The notes under the pieces were generated by a model. That model did no database searches. It was given only the letters and a program-made list of their open reading frames with translations, and was not told the origin of the DNA. This document shows, piece after piece, positions 1-8,792 of a stretch of DNA of 20,000 nt (positions are counted from its first letter, which is position 1; each line of letters begins with the position of its first letter). The stretch lies in the IMG/VR virus record IMGVR_UViG_3300044622_000297; one strand, 5' to 3'. The translations under genes were made by a program, and so were the position numbers. Origin of the DNA: an uncultured virus (IMG/VR IMGVR_UViG_3300044622_000297) (lineage: Duplodnaviria > Heunggongvirae > Uroviricota > Caudoviricetes).

Positions 1-1866
1 GACGTACACGATCTCATACTTAACGTTAAAATTAGCATCTGTTGCAATTGCAGTTTTTATGTTCCCTAAGTTGACTTGCTTGTTGTAATGGTTATTTTCC
101 ATCTCGGCAATGTACGACGCTGCTAAGTTAGGTTCTAGCCCGGCAGCAAACAAGAATTTGATACTAGTTGCTTTTCCAAACCAAGGATCACCAGCTCGGT
201 ATATTAACTGATCTGGAAAAATATCAGTATCAGCTACAGTCGATAAGAATGTCTCTCTCTGATCTCTGCTTGGTAGTGCTTTTAAGTAAATATTTTCGTA
301 AGGATGAATGTTATAGTTCTTAACTCTGATAGTAAACGTCTTATCGTCTGACACAGTTTCATTCGACACTACCGTTGGGTCTGTATCGTCAGACGCAGTA
401 ACAGTGAATGTGTAAACATTGTCAAAGAACAGAGTATTCTTATCAAAGGTTGTTGTTCTACTATCCATTGAAAAATGGTCAAATGAAACTCTACCTACTA
501 ACAAACCGTTTGGTAATAGCGTTAGTCCTTGTGGCAACTTGCTCTTTACAACTGGAGTGTAATCAATGACTGTCTGGTCAGCTTCGATCCCTACAGGATT
601 TGGTGTGCCTTCTGCTATCCTGTAATTAAGTGTCTTTCCTTTTCTTGACACAGCAACAATGGATACTTCGCTTATGTCGCCGTTTGTTATTAATCCTAAG
701 TCAGACGGAGTTGACCAATCAATCGTATTGTTTCTATCGCCTAGTACAGTTAGCGTGAATGTTACATACTGGCTTCTCGCATCTTCTACGTCATTGACTT
801 CAGTCCAACAGTATACCTGAAACGTATAAGTTTTAACTTCCTCAGTTTGAGCGCCTAGCGATCCGGTTATCCAGCCTGTTGTTTCGTCGATTGTTACTCC
901 AGGAGGTAATGTAAAGTCAATTTGGTCGAAAGCATCCTGGTCGAAAGCCGACGTTGGTATTCCTGGATGCTCTACAGTAGGCTCTTGGTCAAACCAAGCC
1001 GCATTTTCTGTCAGAATTCCCCAGTGTAACGTATCTCCGTCGAGGTCTCGTCCTTCAACCTTAAAGGCAAAGTTACTTAACTGACGTTGCTCTGGTAGTT
1101 CTTGCGGACGAGTAATAACATAAGGAGCGTGTTGTTCGTCGGTATCAACAGTAATAGTGTTATTGTCGATTGTTAGTTCAGTATTGTCAATTGACAAAGT
1201 GTCTTTAGCCTGTACAGTTAGTGTGTACCTAGACAGATCAAACCTAGCTCCGTCAAAGACCTGGATCTCAAATCTGTACGTTCTAGTCTGCGGTCTTGCT
1301 GTAGGTTGATCCCACAGTGGTCCATCCCATAGCCCATTGCCCCAACGTAAGATTGCTACTTCTTCGTCGAGGTAAACTGGTTCTAAGTACCCGAATAGTC
1401 TTCCTTCTTCAGTTAGTTCTACCCCAGGAGGTAGTTCTCCGTCGACTAGCTTCCATTCTAATCCGGCGACTGAGTTCTGGTCAGTTGCTTCTAGTTGTAG
1501 GTCGAAGAAGTATCCGTCGTACCAAGTGCCTAACGACACATTCTTAGGAATAATTTGCGGAATAGAGATAGAATTTGTAACAATACTAAATGTTCTATCG
1601 TTAATCTGACCGCGCCCGTTTGTAATTCGAACTGTGAACGTCTGTAAGTATTCCTGTTGATCTACAGATGCTTCTTCAACTGACGCCACGCCTTGTATCA
1701 ATCCAGTTCTAGTCAGTCCGAGGCCATCAGTTAAATTACCGGCTATTACGGTGTAAGTGAGAGGCAACCCTTGTGTGTCATACGCGTCAAGTTGAAACTC
1801 GAAGTATTCTTCTTCAGCGATACTAGCAATTTGCCCCTTAGGAGTGATCCACTTAATTTCTGACAT
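1..1866 (-). CDS. Large virion structural protein with putative Ig-like (He_PIG/cadherin-like) repeats; 3' end runs off the window
   Basis: Not in the ORF track. ATG at 1866 overlaps the TAA of the tail fibre gene (TAATG). Reads MSEIKWITPKGQIASIAEEEYFEFQLDAYDTQGLPLTYTVIAGNLTDGLGLTRTGLIQG..., and the same frame reads ...NLGNIKTAIATDANFNVKYEIVYV at the window edge. Recurring W-x-T-P / LP-x-G-L-x-L / G-x-I-x-G motifs. Confidence 0.75.
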   Translation of the reverse strand, partial: MSEIKWITPKGQIASIAEEEYFEFQLDAYDTQGLPLTYTVIAGNLTDGLGLTRTGLIQGVASVEEASVDQQEYLQTFTVRITNGRGQINDRTFSIVTNSISIPQIIPKNVSLGTWYDGYFFDLQLEATDQNSVAGLEWKLVDGELPPGVELTEEGRLFGYLEPVYLDEEVAILRWGNGLWDGPLWDQPTARPQTRTYRFEIQVFDGARFDLSRYTLTVQAKDTLSIDNTELTIDNNTITVDTDEQHAPYVITRPQELPEQRQLSNFAFKVEGRDLDGDTLHWGILTENAAWFDQEPTVEHPGIPTSAFDQDAFDQIDFTLPPGVTIDETTGWITGSLGAQTEEVKTYTFQVYCWTEVNDVEDARSQYVTFTLTVLGDRNNTIDWSTPSDLGLITNGDISEVSIVAVSRKGKTLNYRIAEGTPNPVGIEADQTVIDYTPVVKSKLPQGLTLLPNGLLVGRVSFDHFSMDSRTTTFDKNTLFFDNVYTFTVTASDDTDPTVVSNETVSDDKTFTIRVKNYNIHPYENIYLKALPSRDQRETFLSTVADTDIFPDQLIYRAGDPWFGKATSIKFLFAAGLEPNLAASYIAEMENNHYNKQVNLGNIKTAIATDANFNVKYEIVYV

Positions 1867-4478
1867 TAGAGTATAACTGCGTTAATAACCTTCGTGCCTA
1901 CAGCCAGGTTTTCTTCTAACGACTTAGCAAAAATGGCCACCCCGTAAGATGCTTCCCTACCTACGCTTTCGGCGTGCCCCGACATCGAGCTAGTCACTAA
2001 TAAGTCTCCTTTCTTAACAGGGCCATATACTTTAACAGGCACCTTTCCGCGCAAAGCTACAGCCACTGAATTGGGTGCGTCTTTGTTCATCAAGTAAGCA
2101 GGATCAGTTGAAACAGCCCCGGCGACTGAGATATCGGCTTTGTAACTAGTAACTGTTACCTCTTTAGAACCGCCAAATATTAGAACTGTGCCTGGTTCAT
2201 ACTGTTGGTCCGATTCGTATTTTTCTGCTAAGTCAGCGTACTGCGCACTAGTAGCGATAACTGTTAGCACCCCGGTGCTAGGCACAAACGACATCTTAGA
2301 ACTTGACACCTTCTGCCCCTGGTTACCGGACGCAGTTGATACCCAGGTTGGGTACACCGGTGTCGCTGTTGCTACATCATCAGTGATTGCTGTGTTTGTT
2401 GCGTTCGTTGCAGTAGTTGCGCTTGTTGCACTACCGGCAGTAGTTGCAGTATTAGCATTTCCGTACAGTGCGCCAGTGAAGATAAGAGAAGTTAAGTTTC
2501 CGGTGCTCGGGTTATAAGTAAACCCAGAATCTGTCCTAGGCTCTGTGTTTCCGGTTGTAACGTTGCCGAAGAATGGATAGTTAGTTGCATTTGTAGAGTT
2601 GTCGGCAATTGCTGTAACTTTAATCGCTACGTTAGCTAAGTCAACGAATCCACCCGCTGATGTAGTTTGGAATGTTCCGTCTGGGAATTTAAGTCCTTTA
2701 CCAGTGGTTGATATTTGAACGTTACCAGTTGACACTGTAAGGGCAGCAGAAGTAAATGTTCCTGAGTTGTTTATTGTTGTTGAATAAACTGTACCGAATC
2801 GACCCGAGCTGGTACCAATATCGCCAGCAGCACTAGAAAGGAGTGTTCCACCGACCGTAACGTTGCCCGACACTAACGCCGAGGTTAATGTGCCAAGTGA
2901 AGTAATTGCTGGTTGCGCCGCAGTTAACACGTTACCAGTTATGTTTCCTGTTACATGCCCAACGAATCTGGTAGCTGTAATATTCCCCGACAACGGATTG
3001 TAAGTAAATCCTGTGTCGGTCCTTGGAGAAGCGTTTCCTGTTGCTATGTTTGAGAACAAAGGATAGTTTGTAGCATCTGTGCTGTCGTCAGCAGTTAACG
3101 CAACTGTTCCCGAAGCCCCTGTAATGTTTCCAGTGATAGGTGCTGTAACTGTTAGTCCCGATAAGGTTCCGACTGATGTAATACTCGTCTGTGCGGCTCC
3201 TGTTACCGTTGCTGCTGATCCCGATATATTACCTGTGATAGTTGCGGTAACAGTTAATCCAGATAATGTTCCGACCGATGTAATATTTGGTTGCGCATTA
3301 GTTGTTAATGTTCCACCTAAGCTAGCTGCCGAGAAGCTTCCTGCTGTTAAGGTTCCAGTAACATCGCAGTTTCCAGTGGTAGCAATGTTTGCTGCATGTA
3401 TGTTGCCACCTACACCTAGTCCACTGACACCAGAAAGTATTACTGTTCCTGTTGATGTGCTGGTACTAGCTGTATTAGCGTTAAATGTCGTGGCGTTTGG
3501 AACTGCGCCGCCAGTAAAGTTAGCATCAACAGTTGAAACTTGAACACCATTTATCCGCAGCGTTGTTCCTGCTGGACCAGTAATATTAATGTTACCAGTA
3601 GAAACATCCACGTTGCCACCAGTAACTTGTAGGTTAGCAAGAGTGCCAAGGCTTGTGATGTTAGCTTGTCGAGCAGTAACTAAGTTACCTGTCATGCTTA
3701 CTATGTTAGATGTTGTTCCTGTAATCGCATTAAACGCACTAGTCCCAGTAGACGACACGTTAGCTTCTACTGTGTCAAATAATGCAGTACCTAAGGTACC
3801 TGAGAACTGCTCAACGTTGCCTCCGTCTTCTGGCACCTGAGTTGCTCTTGGAATGAAGACTAGCTTCTGACTTGAATTGTCAAATCCGAAGAATCCTTTT
3901 CGCTCTTGCGAGTCGTACCAGTAAAACTCAATACCTCTATCGTTTCCGTCGTTACTTGAGAGCGATGCCCCCGGTGTGCTGCTTAGTTCAATCGTAGGAT
4001 GCTGGATTATTAATTCAGATCGTGTAACAGAGGTGACGTTTCCGTTGACTAGTAGGTTACCGGAGATCTCTACGTCTTTACTTACTGTTAGGTTACCTGT
4101 TATTCCTGTTGAATTACCACCAAAGATAGCGTCGCCATAAGTTAGTGTCGTACCAGTTACAGTCAGGTTGCCTATTAATGCAGTAGTACTAGTAACGTTT
4201 CCAGTTAGTTTGCCAAGGATGTTTCCGTTGACTTGTAAGTTTCCTGTTACCGTTGTTGTAGTGGCAGTAAGCGAAGTAATGTTTGCTACGTTAGCATCAA
4301 GAGTCTCGGTGTTAAGAAGTTCAACGTTAGCTTCTGTAAACTCGGGAGTCTGTGATAAAAACTCGTGGATTGCGGTTACGTTGTTGTTCGTTATTACAAA
4401 TGCCGCTCGTAAGCTGTCGCCTGTTCCGTCGTTTGGTGATAGACCTGTATTAACTAGTGAAGTAGAGAGTATTGTCAT
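1866..4478 (-). CDS. Tail fibre/spike protein, 870 aa, with C-terminal intramolecular chaperone (peptidase G2/S74-like) domain
   Basis: N-terminal NTGLSPNDGTGDSLRAAF virion-attachment motif; T/G/N/S-rich beta repeats; C-terminal AQYADLAEKY...GTVL...STDPAYLMN...VALRGKVPVKV...KGDLLVTS; TATAAATA directly upstream. Confidence 0.8.
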   Translation of the reverse strand: MTILSTSLVNTGLSPNDGTGDSLRAAFVITNNNVTAIHEFLSQTPEFTEANVELLNTETLDANVANITSLTATTTTVTGNLQVNGNILGKLTGNVTSTTALIGNLTVTGTTLTYGDAIFGGNSTGITGNLTVSKDVEISGNLLVNGNVTSVTRSELIIQHPTIELSSTPGASLSSNDGNDRGIEFYWYDSQERKGFFGFDNSSQKLVFIPRATQVPEDGGNVEQFSGTLGTALFDTVEANVSSTGTSAFNAITGTTSNIVSMTGNLVTARQANITSLGTLANLQVTGGNVDVSTGNINITGPAGTTLRINGVQVSTVDANFTGGAVPNATTFNANTASTSTSTGTVILSGVSGLGVGGNIHAANIATTGNCDVTGTLTAGSFSAASLGGTLTTNAQPNITSVGTLSGLTVTATITGNISGSAATVTGAAQTSITSVGTLSGLTVTAPITGNITGASGTVALTADDSTDATNYPLFSNIATGNASPRTDTGFTYNPLSGNITATRFVGHVTGNITGNVLTAAQPAITSLGTLTSALVSGNVTVGGTLLSSAAGDIGTSSGRFGTVYSTTINNSGTFTSAALTVSTGNVQISTTGKGLKFPDGTFQTTSAGGFVDLANVAIKVTAIADNSTNATNYPFFGNVTTGNTEPRTDSGFTYNPSTGNLTSLIFTGALYGNANTATTAGSATSATTATNATNTAITDDVATATPVYPTWVSTASGNQGQKVSSSKMSFVPSTGVLTVIATSAQYADLAEKYESDQQYEPGTVLIFGGSKEVTVTSYKADISVAGAVSTDPAYLMNKDAPNSVAVALRGKVPVKVYGPVKKGDLLVTSSMSGHAESVGREASYGVAIFAKSLEENLAVGTKVINAVIL

Positions 4479-4486
4479 AGTACTAC

Positions 4487-4494
4487 TATTTATA
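4487..4494 (-). promoter_or_regulatory. T4-type late promoter TATAAATA
   Basis: Exact T4 gp55 consensus ending 8 nt upstream of the ATG at 4478. Confidence 0.75.
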
Positions 4495-4509
4495 CAAGAT
4501 TGAATTATA

Positions 4510-4537
4510 AAAATAGCTGCGGTTAAGCAGCTATTTT
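4510..4537. terminator. Intrinsic terminator (likely bidirectional)
   Basis: aaaatagctgc-ggttaa-gcagctatttt perfect inverted repeat just downstream of the 396-aa gene. Confidence 0.8.
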
Positions 4538-4550
4538 ACGTTAAAGCTAT

Positions 4551-5741
4551 TTACGGCCAGGTCGAAACTACGCTCAATGCAGTACGAGACCAAATGTCTG
4601 ATATTCCGTCGGTCCAGGTTGCAGTACAGTAATAAAGATAGGATGCATCTATTGCAACATCTCCGATTGTGTTGCCAGTTTGTCCTTTTGACGTAGTAGG
4701 TGCAGTTGCTACAAATCCGTCCCCTATCAGCCCAGAGTAACCAGAGACACCAGAGTAACCTGAGGTGCTCGAATAACCTGAATAGCCGCTTGTTCCTTCT
4801 ATACCACTAATTCCTGAGTACCCACTTGTTCCATCAATTCCTGAATAGCCGCTTGTTCCGTCTATACCACTAATTCCTGAATAGCCGCTTGTTCCTGAAT
4901 AACCAGAGATACCTGACGTACCGCTAGAGCCCGAGTACCCAGAAGTTCCGCTGACCCCCGAATACCCACTCTTTCCGCTTGTTCCTGACGCGCCACCTAA
5001 CCCTGAGTATCCAGAGATTCCGCTTGTTCCAGAGATACCCGAGTAACCGCTTCTGCCTGAGGTACCGCTCTCACCTGAGTAACCAGACGTACCACTTACT
5101 CCTGATTTCCCACTTGCGCCGCTAGACCCCGAATATCCAGAAGTTCCGCTTGTTCCAGAGATGCCTGAGTAACCGCTTCTGCCTGAGGTACCGCTCTCAC
5201 CGCTATAACCCGACCATCCGCTCTTTCCTGAGGTACCACTAATTCCTGAGTAACCTGAGGTACTTTGTCCCGAGATTCCCGAGTAACCAGAAGAACCACT
5301 TAGTCCAGATATGCCGCTGTACCCTGAGGTACCAGAATACCCGCTCTTACCAGACCATCCGCTAGTACCAGAAAGTCCTATCCCGCTATGTCCTGAATAA
5401 CCCGATACTCCTGAGTAGCCGCTTGCGCCGTCTATGCCCGAGTATCCGCTTGTACCGTCTATACCTGAATAACCACTAAGCCCGCCTGGTTGCCCGCTAA
5501 CTCCTGAGTATCCACTCGGGCCTGCTACGTTGCTTGAGAACCCAGAATAGCCACTTAGACCACCAGCTTGTCCGCTAACTCCCGAAAATCCGCTAGGGCC
5601 GACTGCGCCACTATATCCGCTAGTCCCGCCGGCGGTGTATAGTTCAGTGAAGTTTTGGTTGATTTTGTCGAACGACGCCCGTAATGGATCGCCGCTGCCA
5701 TCTGAAGGCACTGTGCCGATATTGATTGTTTGCTTTGCCAT
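4551..5741 (-). CDS. Virion fibre protein with collagen-like (Gly-X-Ser)n repeat
   Basis: N-terminal MAKQTINIGTVPSDGSGDPLRASFDKINQNFTELY (T4 gp9/gp10-type N-terminal motif), about 300 aa of SGYSG/SGTSG/SGISG repeats, C-terminal DASYLYYC...W-x-R module; SD TAAGGA. Confidence 0.8.
   Translation of the reverse strand: MAKQTINIGTVPSDGSGDPLRASFDKINQNFTELYTAGGTSGYSGAVGPSGFSGVSGQAGGLSGYSGFSSNVAGPSGYSGVSGQPGGLSGYSGIDGTSGYSGIDGASGYSGVSGYSGHSGIGLSGTSGWSGKSGYSGTSGYSGISGLSGSSGYSGISGQSTSGYSGISGTSGKSGWSGYSGESGTSGRSGYSGISGTSGTSGYSGSSGASGKSGVSGTSGYSGESGTSGRSGYSGISGTSGISGYSGLGGASGTSGKSGYSGVSGTSGYSGSSGTSGISGYSGTSGYSGISGIDGTSGYSGIDGTSGYSGISGIEGTSGYSGYSSTSGYSGVSGYSGLIGDGFVATAPTTSKGQTGNTIGDVAIDASYLYYCTATWTDGISDIWSRTALSVVSTWP
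4730..5630 (-). repeat. Degenerate 9-bp coding repeat (Gly-X-Ser), including an exact 35-bp duplication at 5041-5075 and 5167-5201
   Basis: gagtaaccgcttctgcctgaggtaccgctctcacc occurs twice; many shorter duplications. Confidence 0.85.
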
Positions 5742-5783
5742 TCCTTAGATCCTGTTATCATGTATTTATCGGATCTAAGGAAT
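5740..5783 (-). promoter_or_regulatory. RBS-occluding hairpin with late promoter GATAAATA (5763-5770) in its loop
   Basis: Perfect 13-bp inverted repeat attccttagatcc (5740-5752) / ggatctaaggaat (5771-5783) covering the SD and part of the start codon. Confidence 0.8.
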
Positions 5784-5796
5784 TTATAACTTGCTA

Positions 5797-6015
5797 CTAA
5801 TTACGGTATACGATTCTACCTTTAGTCAAGTCATAAGCTGACATCTCTACAGTGACGCGATCACCAAGCAAGATGTTGATAGTGTTAGTGCGCAGCTTAC
5901 CGCCTAAGTAAGCGATAATCTTGGTGTTCAAATCGTCTAGCTGAACACGGAATGTTGCGTTTGGCAACAATTCAGTGACTTCGCCCTCGAAACGGAGGGC
6001 CTCTTCCTTTGCTAT
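5797..6015 (-). CDS. infA: Translation initiation factor IF-1, 72 aa, ATA start codon
   Basis: Manual translation (M)[71 protein letters not shown] is full-length and colinear with bacterial IF-1. SD AGGAG at 6023-6027, 7 nt before ATA. Confidence 0.95.
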   Translation of the reverse strand: MAKEEALRFEGEVTELLPNATFRVQLDDLNTKIIAYLGGKLRTNTINILLGDRVTVEMSAYDLTKGRIVYRN

Positions 6016-6048
6016 GATGTTTCTCCTTTTATTATAGTAGCAGTTTAT

Positions 6049-6359
6049 TTAGTGCTGGTTTGCGAGTATTGAAAAGACATGGTACTTTTCGTGTAGCTCG
6101 TCGTATTTCGTCTTCAGTTTAGATAATTCTTTAACTACGCTTGCATGAAATTCTGCGTCGGTCTTTCGAGGTCGTGGATTATTACGTCATTTGCATCAAA
6201 CCACTCGTCTGGGTCGTTGCGGTATTCAGACGGTATAAAGTGAACAAGCATTTCTGCGTAGTACGCTAGTCTTCTAACCCAAGGATCTTTGTGCTCTTCG
6301 CCCCAAGCAGAAAGCTCTTGAATTGATACGTGGTCAGGATGAGTAGGAAATGATTTCAT
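6049..6359 (-). pseudogene. Hypothetical protein, probably frameshifted near 6185 (otherwise a 74-aa ORF 6135-6359)
   Basis: The -1 frame is open from about 6186 to TAA at 6049 (RNNPRPRKTDAEFHASVVKELSKLKTKYDELHEKYHVFSILANQH) and fills the gap up to the infA leader. Confidence 0.45.
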
Positions 6360-6361
6360 TA

Positions 6362-6733
6362 TTACCGCCTCATTTTAGAAATAGCAACTGCTTCCTCGGA
6401 TGAGAACACCGGAACCGCATTGCTCTTGTGCATCTGTCCTATCCCCAGAATTTTATCGCCTGTATAGACAGGACTGTCCTTAGCAGCAGCAACACCGACC
6501 CCGTCGCCCTTGCTTGGGATCTTTGGCGCGTCTGCTCCGCGGTAAGTAGGTTTGAACGAAAGTGGCTTCAATTTGTTTTCCTTCTTAGCTTTGGGTTTAA
6601 CGTCGTACTTTGATAACAGATTTTCCCACCCTTCTTTCAGCTGGGCAGAAGTCCGCGCAGCATCAGCATTACGGAACTTCTTCTTACCTTTCTTTTTGCC
6701 GGTTGTGGTTAACCACGGGCCTTCCATGTGCAC
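6362..6733 (-). CDS. Basic conserved phage hypothetical protein
   Basis: Lys-rich 123-aa ORF with C-terminal YTGDKILGIGQMHKSNAVPVF...ISKMRR, a motif I recall from T4-like phage hypotheticals; tightly packed with its neighbours. Confidence 0.75.
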   Translation of the reverse strand: MHMEGPWLTTTGKKKGKKKFRNADAARTSAQLKEGWENLLSKYDVKPKAKKENKLKPLSFKPTYRGADAPKIPSKGDGVGVAAAKDSPVYTGDKILGIGQMHKSNAVPVFSSEEAVAISKMRR

Positions 6734-6735
6734 GG

Positions 6736-7149
6736 TTACTTTGCTTTCTTAGCCAGTTCAGCTTCCATCTCGGCAACACCGTTCTGTAATACTGCTGCCA
6801 TGTTTAAAGTTTGCTGTTTAGTAAGCAAAGTGTAAGATTCAACCTCGACGTACCCTTTAGTGATAGCAATCCAACAAATTTTAGCAGTAGTGACCCAACG
6901 GTTAGCAGTTTCTTTCAACCACATAACAAACCAGGACTCGTCGTAAGTAATCGGAAAAGTTTCGCGCCACCAGGCAGTTTTTACCTTAGCCGAGATGTGA
7001 CAGGTAATTATAGAATCGTCAGGCTCGTCAATCTCGATCATAATATCAACTTCAGCATCGCACCCACACTCACACGGGACGCGCCACCAACGCCAGTTCT
7101 TGTATTCCTTAAGTGCCATAATGCCTTCTGCCGGTTTTTGTGCTTCCAT
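6736..7149 (-). CDS. Hypothetical protein with C-x-C-x-C motif
   Basis: 137-aa ORF; TAATG coupling with the upstream gene; PCECGC. Confidence 0.7.
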   Translation of the reverse strand: MEAQKPAEGIMALKEYKNWRWWRVPCECGCDAEVDIMIEIDEPDDSIITCHISAKVKTAWWRETFPITYDESWFVMWLKETANRWVTTAKICWIAITKGYVEVESYTLLTKQQTLNMAAVLQNGVAEMEAELAKKAK

Positions 7150-7493
7150 TAAACGGTTTCCTCTTTATCAAAAAGTGTAATTGTGCCGCCGCCTACTTGT
7201 ACGACGTGGACAGTCTTTCCTTTAAATCTTTCTATTAGATCAGCCACTAACTCACGTTGACTAGTGTGCTGCGTTACAAACTTACCGGTGCGATGATTAA
7301 ACACTAACTGGACCTCTTGTTCTTTATGCTTTACAGTTTCGATTCGTATAATTACATTTTCGTCGAGGACACGCTGAATGATCTCGAGCTGACGATACTT
7401 GGCATACAGCATCAAAAACTTGTACAAGCCAAGTATCGGAAGATAACAGAGCGCGCCAATAAGTAGCGCAGTAAGAATAAAGTTTAAGTCCAT
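7149..7493 (-). CDS. Hypothetical protein with N-terminal transmembrane helix (start revised to 7493)
   Basis: SD GAGG at 7502-7505 before MDLNFILTALLIGALCYLPILGLYKFLMLY; the longer track ORF overlaps the upstream gene. Confidence 0.7.
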   Translation of the reverse strand: MDLNFILTALLIGALCYLPILGLYKFLMLYAKYRQLEIIQRVLDENVIIRIETVKHKEQEVQLVFNHRTGKFVTQHTSQRELVADLIERFKGKTVHVVQVGGGTITLFDKEETV

Positions 7494-8341
7494 AGTGAAT
7501 TCCTCATTTTGACAAGACGGATTAGCATTTCGGTGTCTTCCTTCTCCCATTGTTCTTCCAGAGAGTCTCGTAATTCCGACAGTCGATTGTATTCTCGCTG
7601 TTCTGCCGGAGTCATTTTGCTCTTGCCAGATATTCCGAGCCACCCGGCAAAATCATGGTCTTCATCTTTATACTTAGCACTCATCTTCTCCCAGAACTGA
7701 TCAAACCCGCTTGCTGACCACGGATCGCCACGCCGAGGACGAATAGTTTTCCACCATACATACAGCTCCATCTTTTCCTTAGCGGACTGCGCCTGATGTG
7801 GAGAAGCGTGCCAGTTGGGATCGTTTGGGTCTGGAATGTCAAGCGTCATTTCCCACCGTAAGTGATCAACTCCTGCCTGAGGGCAGCGCCAAGTTAATCC
7901 CCAGCGAAACCATCTGGACCTAGCATACCAAGGCACCAGATACTTAGACATATCTGCATTATCTCTCCACATAATGTGGCTGTGTGCTTCTTCGATCTCG
8001 ATGAAATCAACGAAGGAATCGAAGCAGCTAAACAGCATACGCTCAGAATACTCGTGCCACTTACCTACGCTGAGAGTGGAATTCAGACGGTGAGTACCAC
8101 CACGCCAGTTGCTAACAAAGTAACGGACTTCGTCGAGGTGATCGATTGTGTTCTCAGGAATCTTCTCGAGCCAGTCCGGGATAGTTTCAGTGAAGAGCCA
8201 ACCGATAGGGTGAGCAGCCTTGGTTTCCTTCTTCCACTTGCTCCAGCCGTTTAACGGCAAGGCAATAGGTCGTTCAAACTTGAACACCTTTTCGCGAATC
8301 CAGTCAACTATCCTTGACCCCGAGTAATGCCTGTTAGCCAC
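7484..8341 (-). CDS. Trp-rich conserved phage hypothetical protein, 285 aa
   Basis: Long ORF, GTG start with AAGGA SD, promoter upstream; ends EDTEMLIRLVKMRNSLWT. Confidence 0.8.
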   Translation of the reverse strand: MANRHYSGSRIVDWIREKVFKFERPIALPLNGWSKWKKETKAAHPIGWLFTETIPDWLEKIPENTIDHLDEVRYFVSNWRGGTHRLNSTLSVGKWHEYSERMLFSCFDSFVDFIEIEEAHSHIMWRDNADMSKYLVPWYARSRWFRWGLTWRCPQAGVDHLRWEMTLDIPDPNDPNWHASPHQAQSAKEKMELYVWWKTIRPRRGDPWSASGFDQFWEKMSAKYKDEDHDFAGWLGISGKSKMTPAEQREYNRLSELRDSLEEQWEKEDTEMLIRLVKMRNSLWT

Positions 8342-8369
8342 TATGTTCCTTTAAAGGTATTTATTGTTT

Positions 8370-8399
8370 ATAATACGCTCAAACTTGGTTTTTTGTCAA
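8370..8399 (-). promoter_or_regulatory. sigma70-type early promoter TTGACA-N18-TATTAT; late-type TAAATA at 8358-8363
   Basis: GGTTGACA at 8394-8401, TATTAT at 8370-8375, intergenic. Confidence 0.65.
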
Positions 8400-8410
8400 C
8401 CGTTTTGGAT

Positions 8411-8791
8411 TCAGTTTAATAGCGTTGATCGGTGCTTGCGGATACGCTCGAAAACATCAACTAAGAGGTCATTTGGCGATACGTCGATTCCGTAGTTTTC
8501 GTTTATTGTGCGCACCATTACAACTTTGCCAAGGGCGTAATGCTGTTCTAGCGTTAGCTTTTCGATCTCTTCGGAATCCGGCATGCCGCATCCTGAAAAG
8601 TCGGCTAGGCTTGACTCGTCACTGATGAAGCACTCGTCGTAGTTAATCTTAAAAATCTTCTGTAGGAACTCACGAGCGATCTCCTCGTAGTCTTCTACGT
8701 CGTCTGACGATGCGTACACGATCTTGCCTTCCGCAGCAGCCTTGCGGATCTTTGCTTCTGCGTCTTCTGGGGTGAGCTTTTTCTTTGCCAT
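8411..8791 (-). CDS. Hypothetical acidic protein (start revised to 8791)
   Basis: Strong GGAGGAGAGG upstream of MAKKKLTPED. Confidence 0.7.
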   Translation of the reverse strand: MAKKKLTPEDAEAKIRKAAAEGKIVYASSDDVEDYEEIAREFLQKIFKINYDECFISDESSLADFSGCGMPDSEEIEKLTLEQHYALGKVVMVRTINENYGIDVSPNDLLVDVFERIRKHRSTLLN

Positions 8792-8792
8792 A

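Noticed and set aside
2188..4503. Plus-strand ORFs 2188-2517, 3079-3543, 3589-3840, 4168-4503 (and 1317-1547)
   Set aside because: Antisense shadows of low-complexity structural genes; no RBS or recognisable motifs.
4730..5630. CRISPR array or diversity-generating retroelement repeat
   Set aside because: The repeats are degenerate in-frame coding triplets with no unique spacers; there is no adenine-specific TR/VR pair and no reverse transcriptase.
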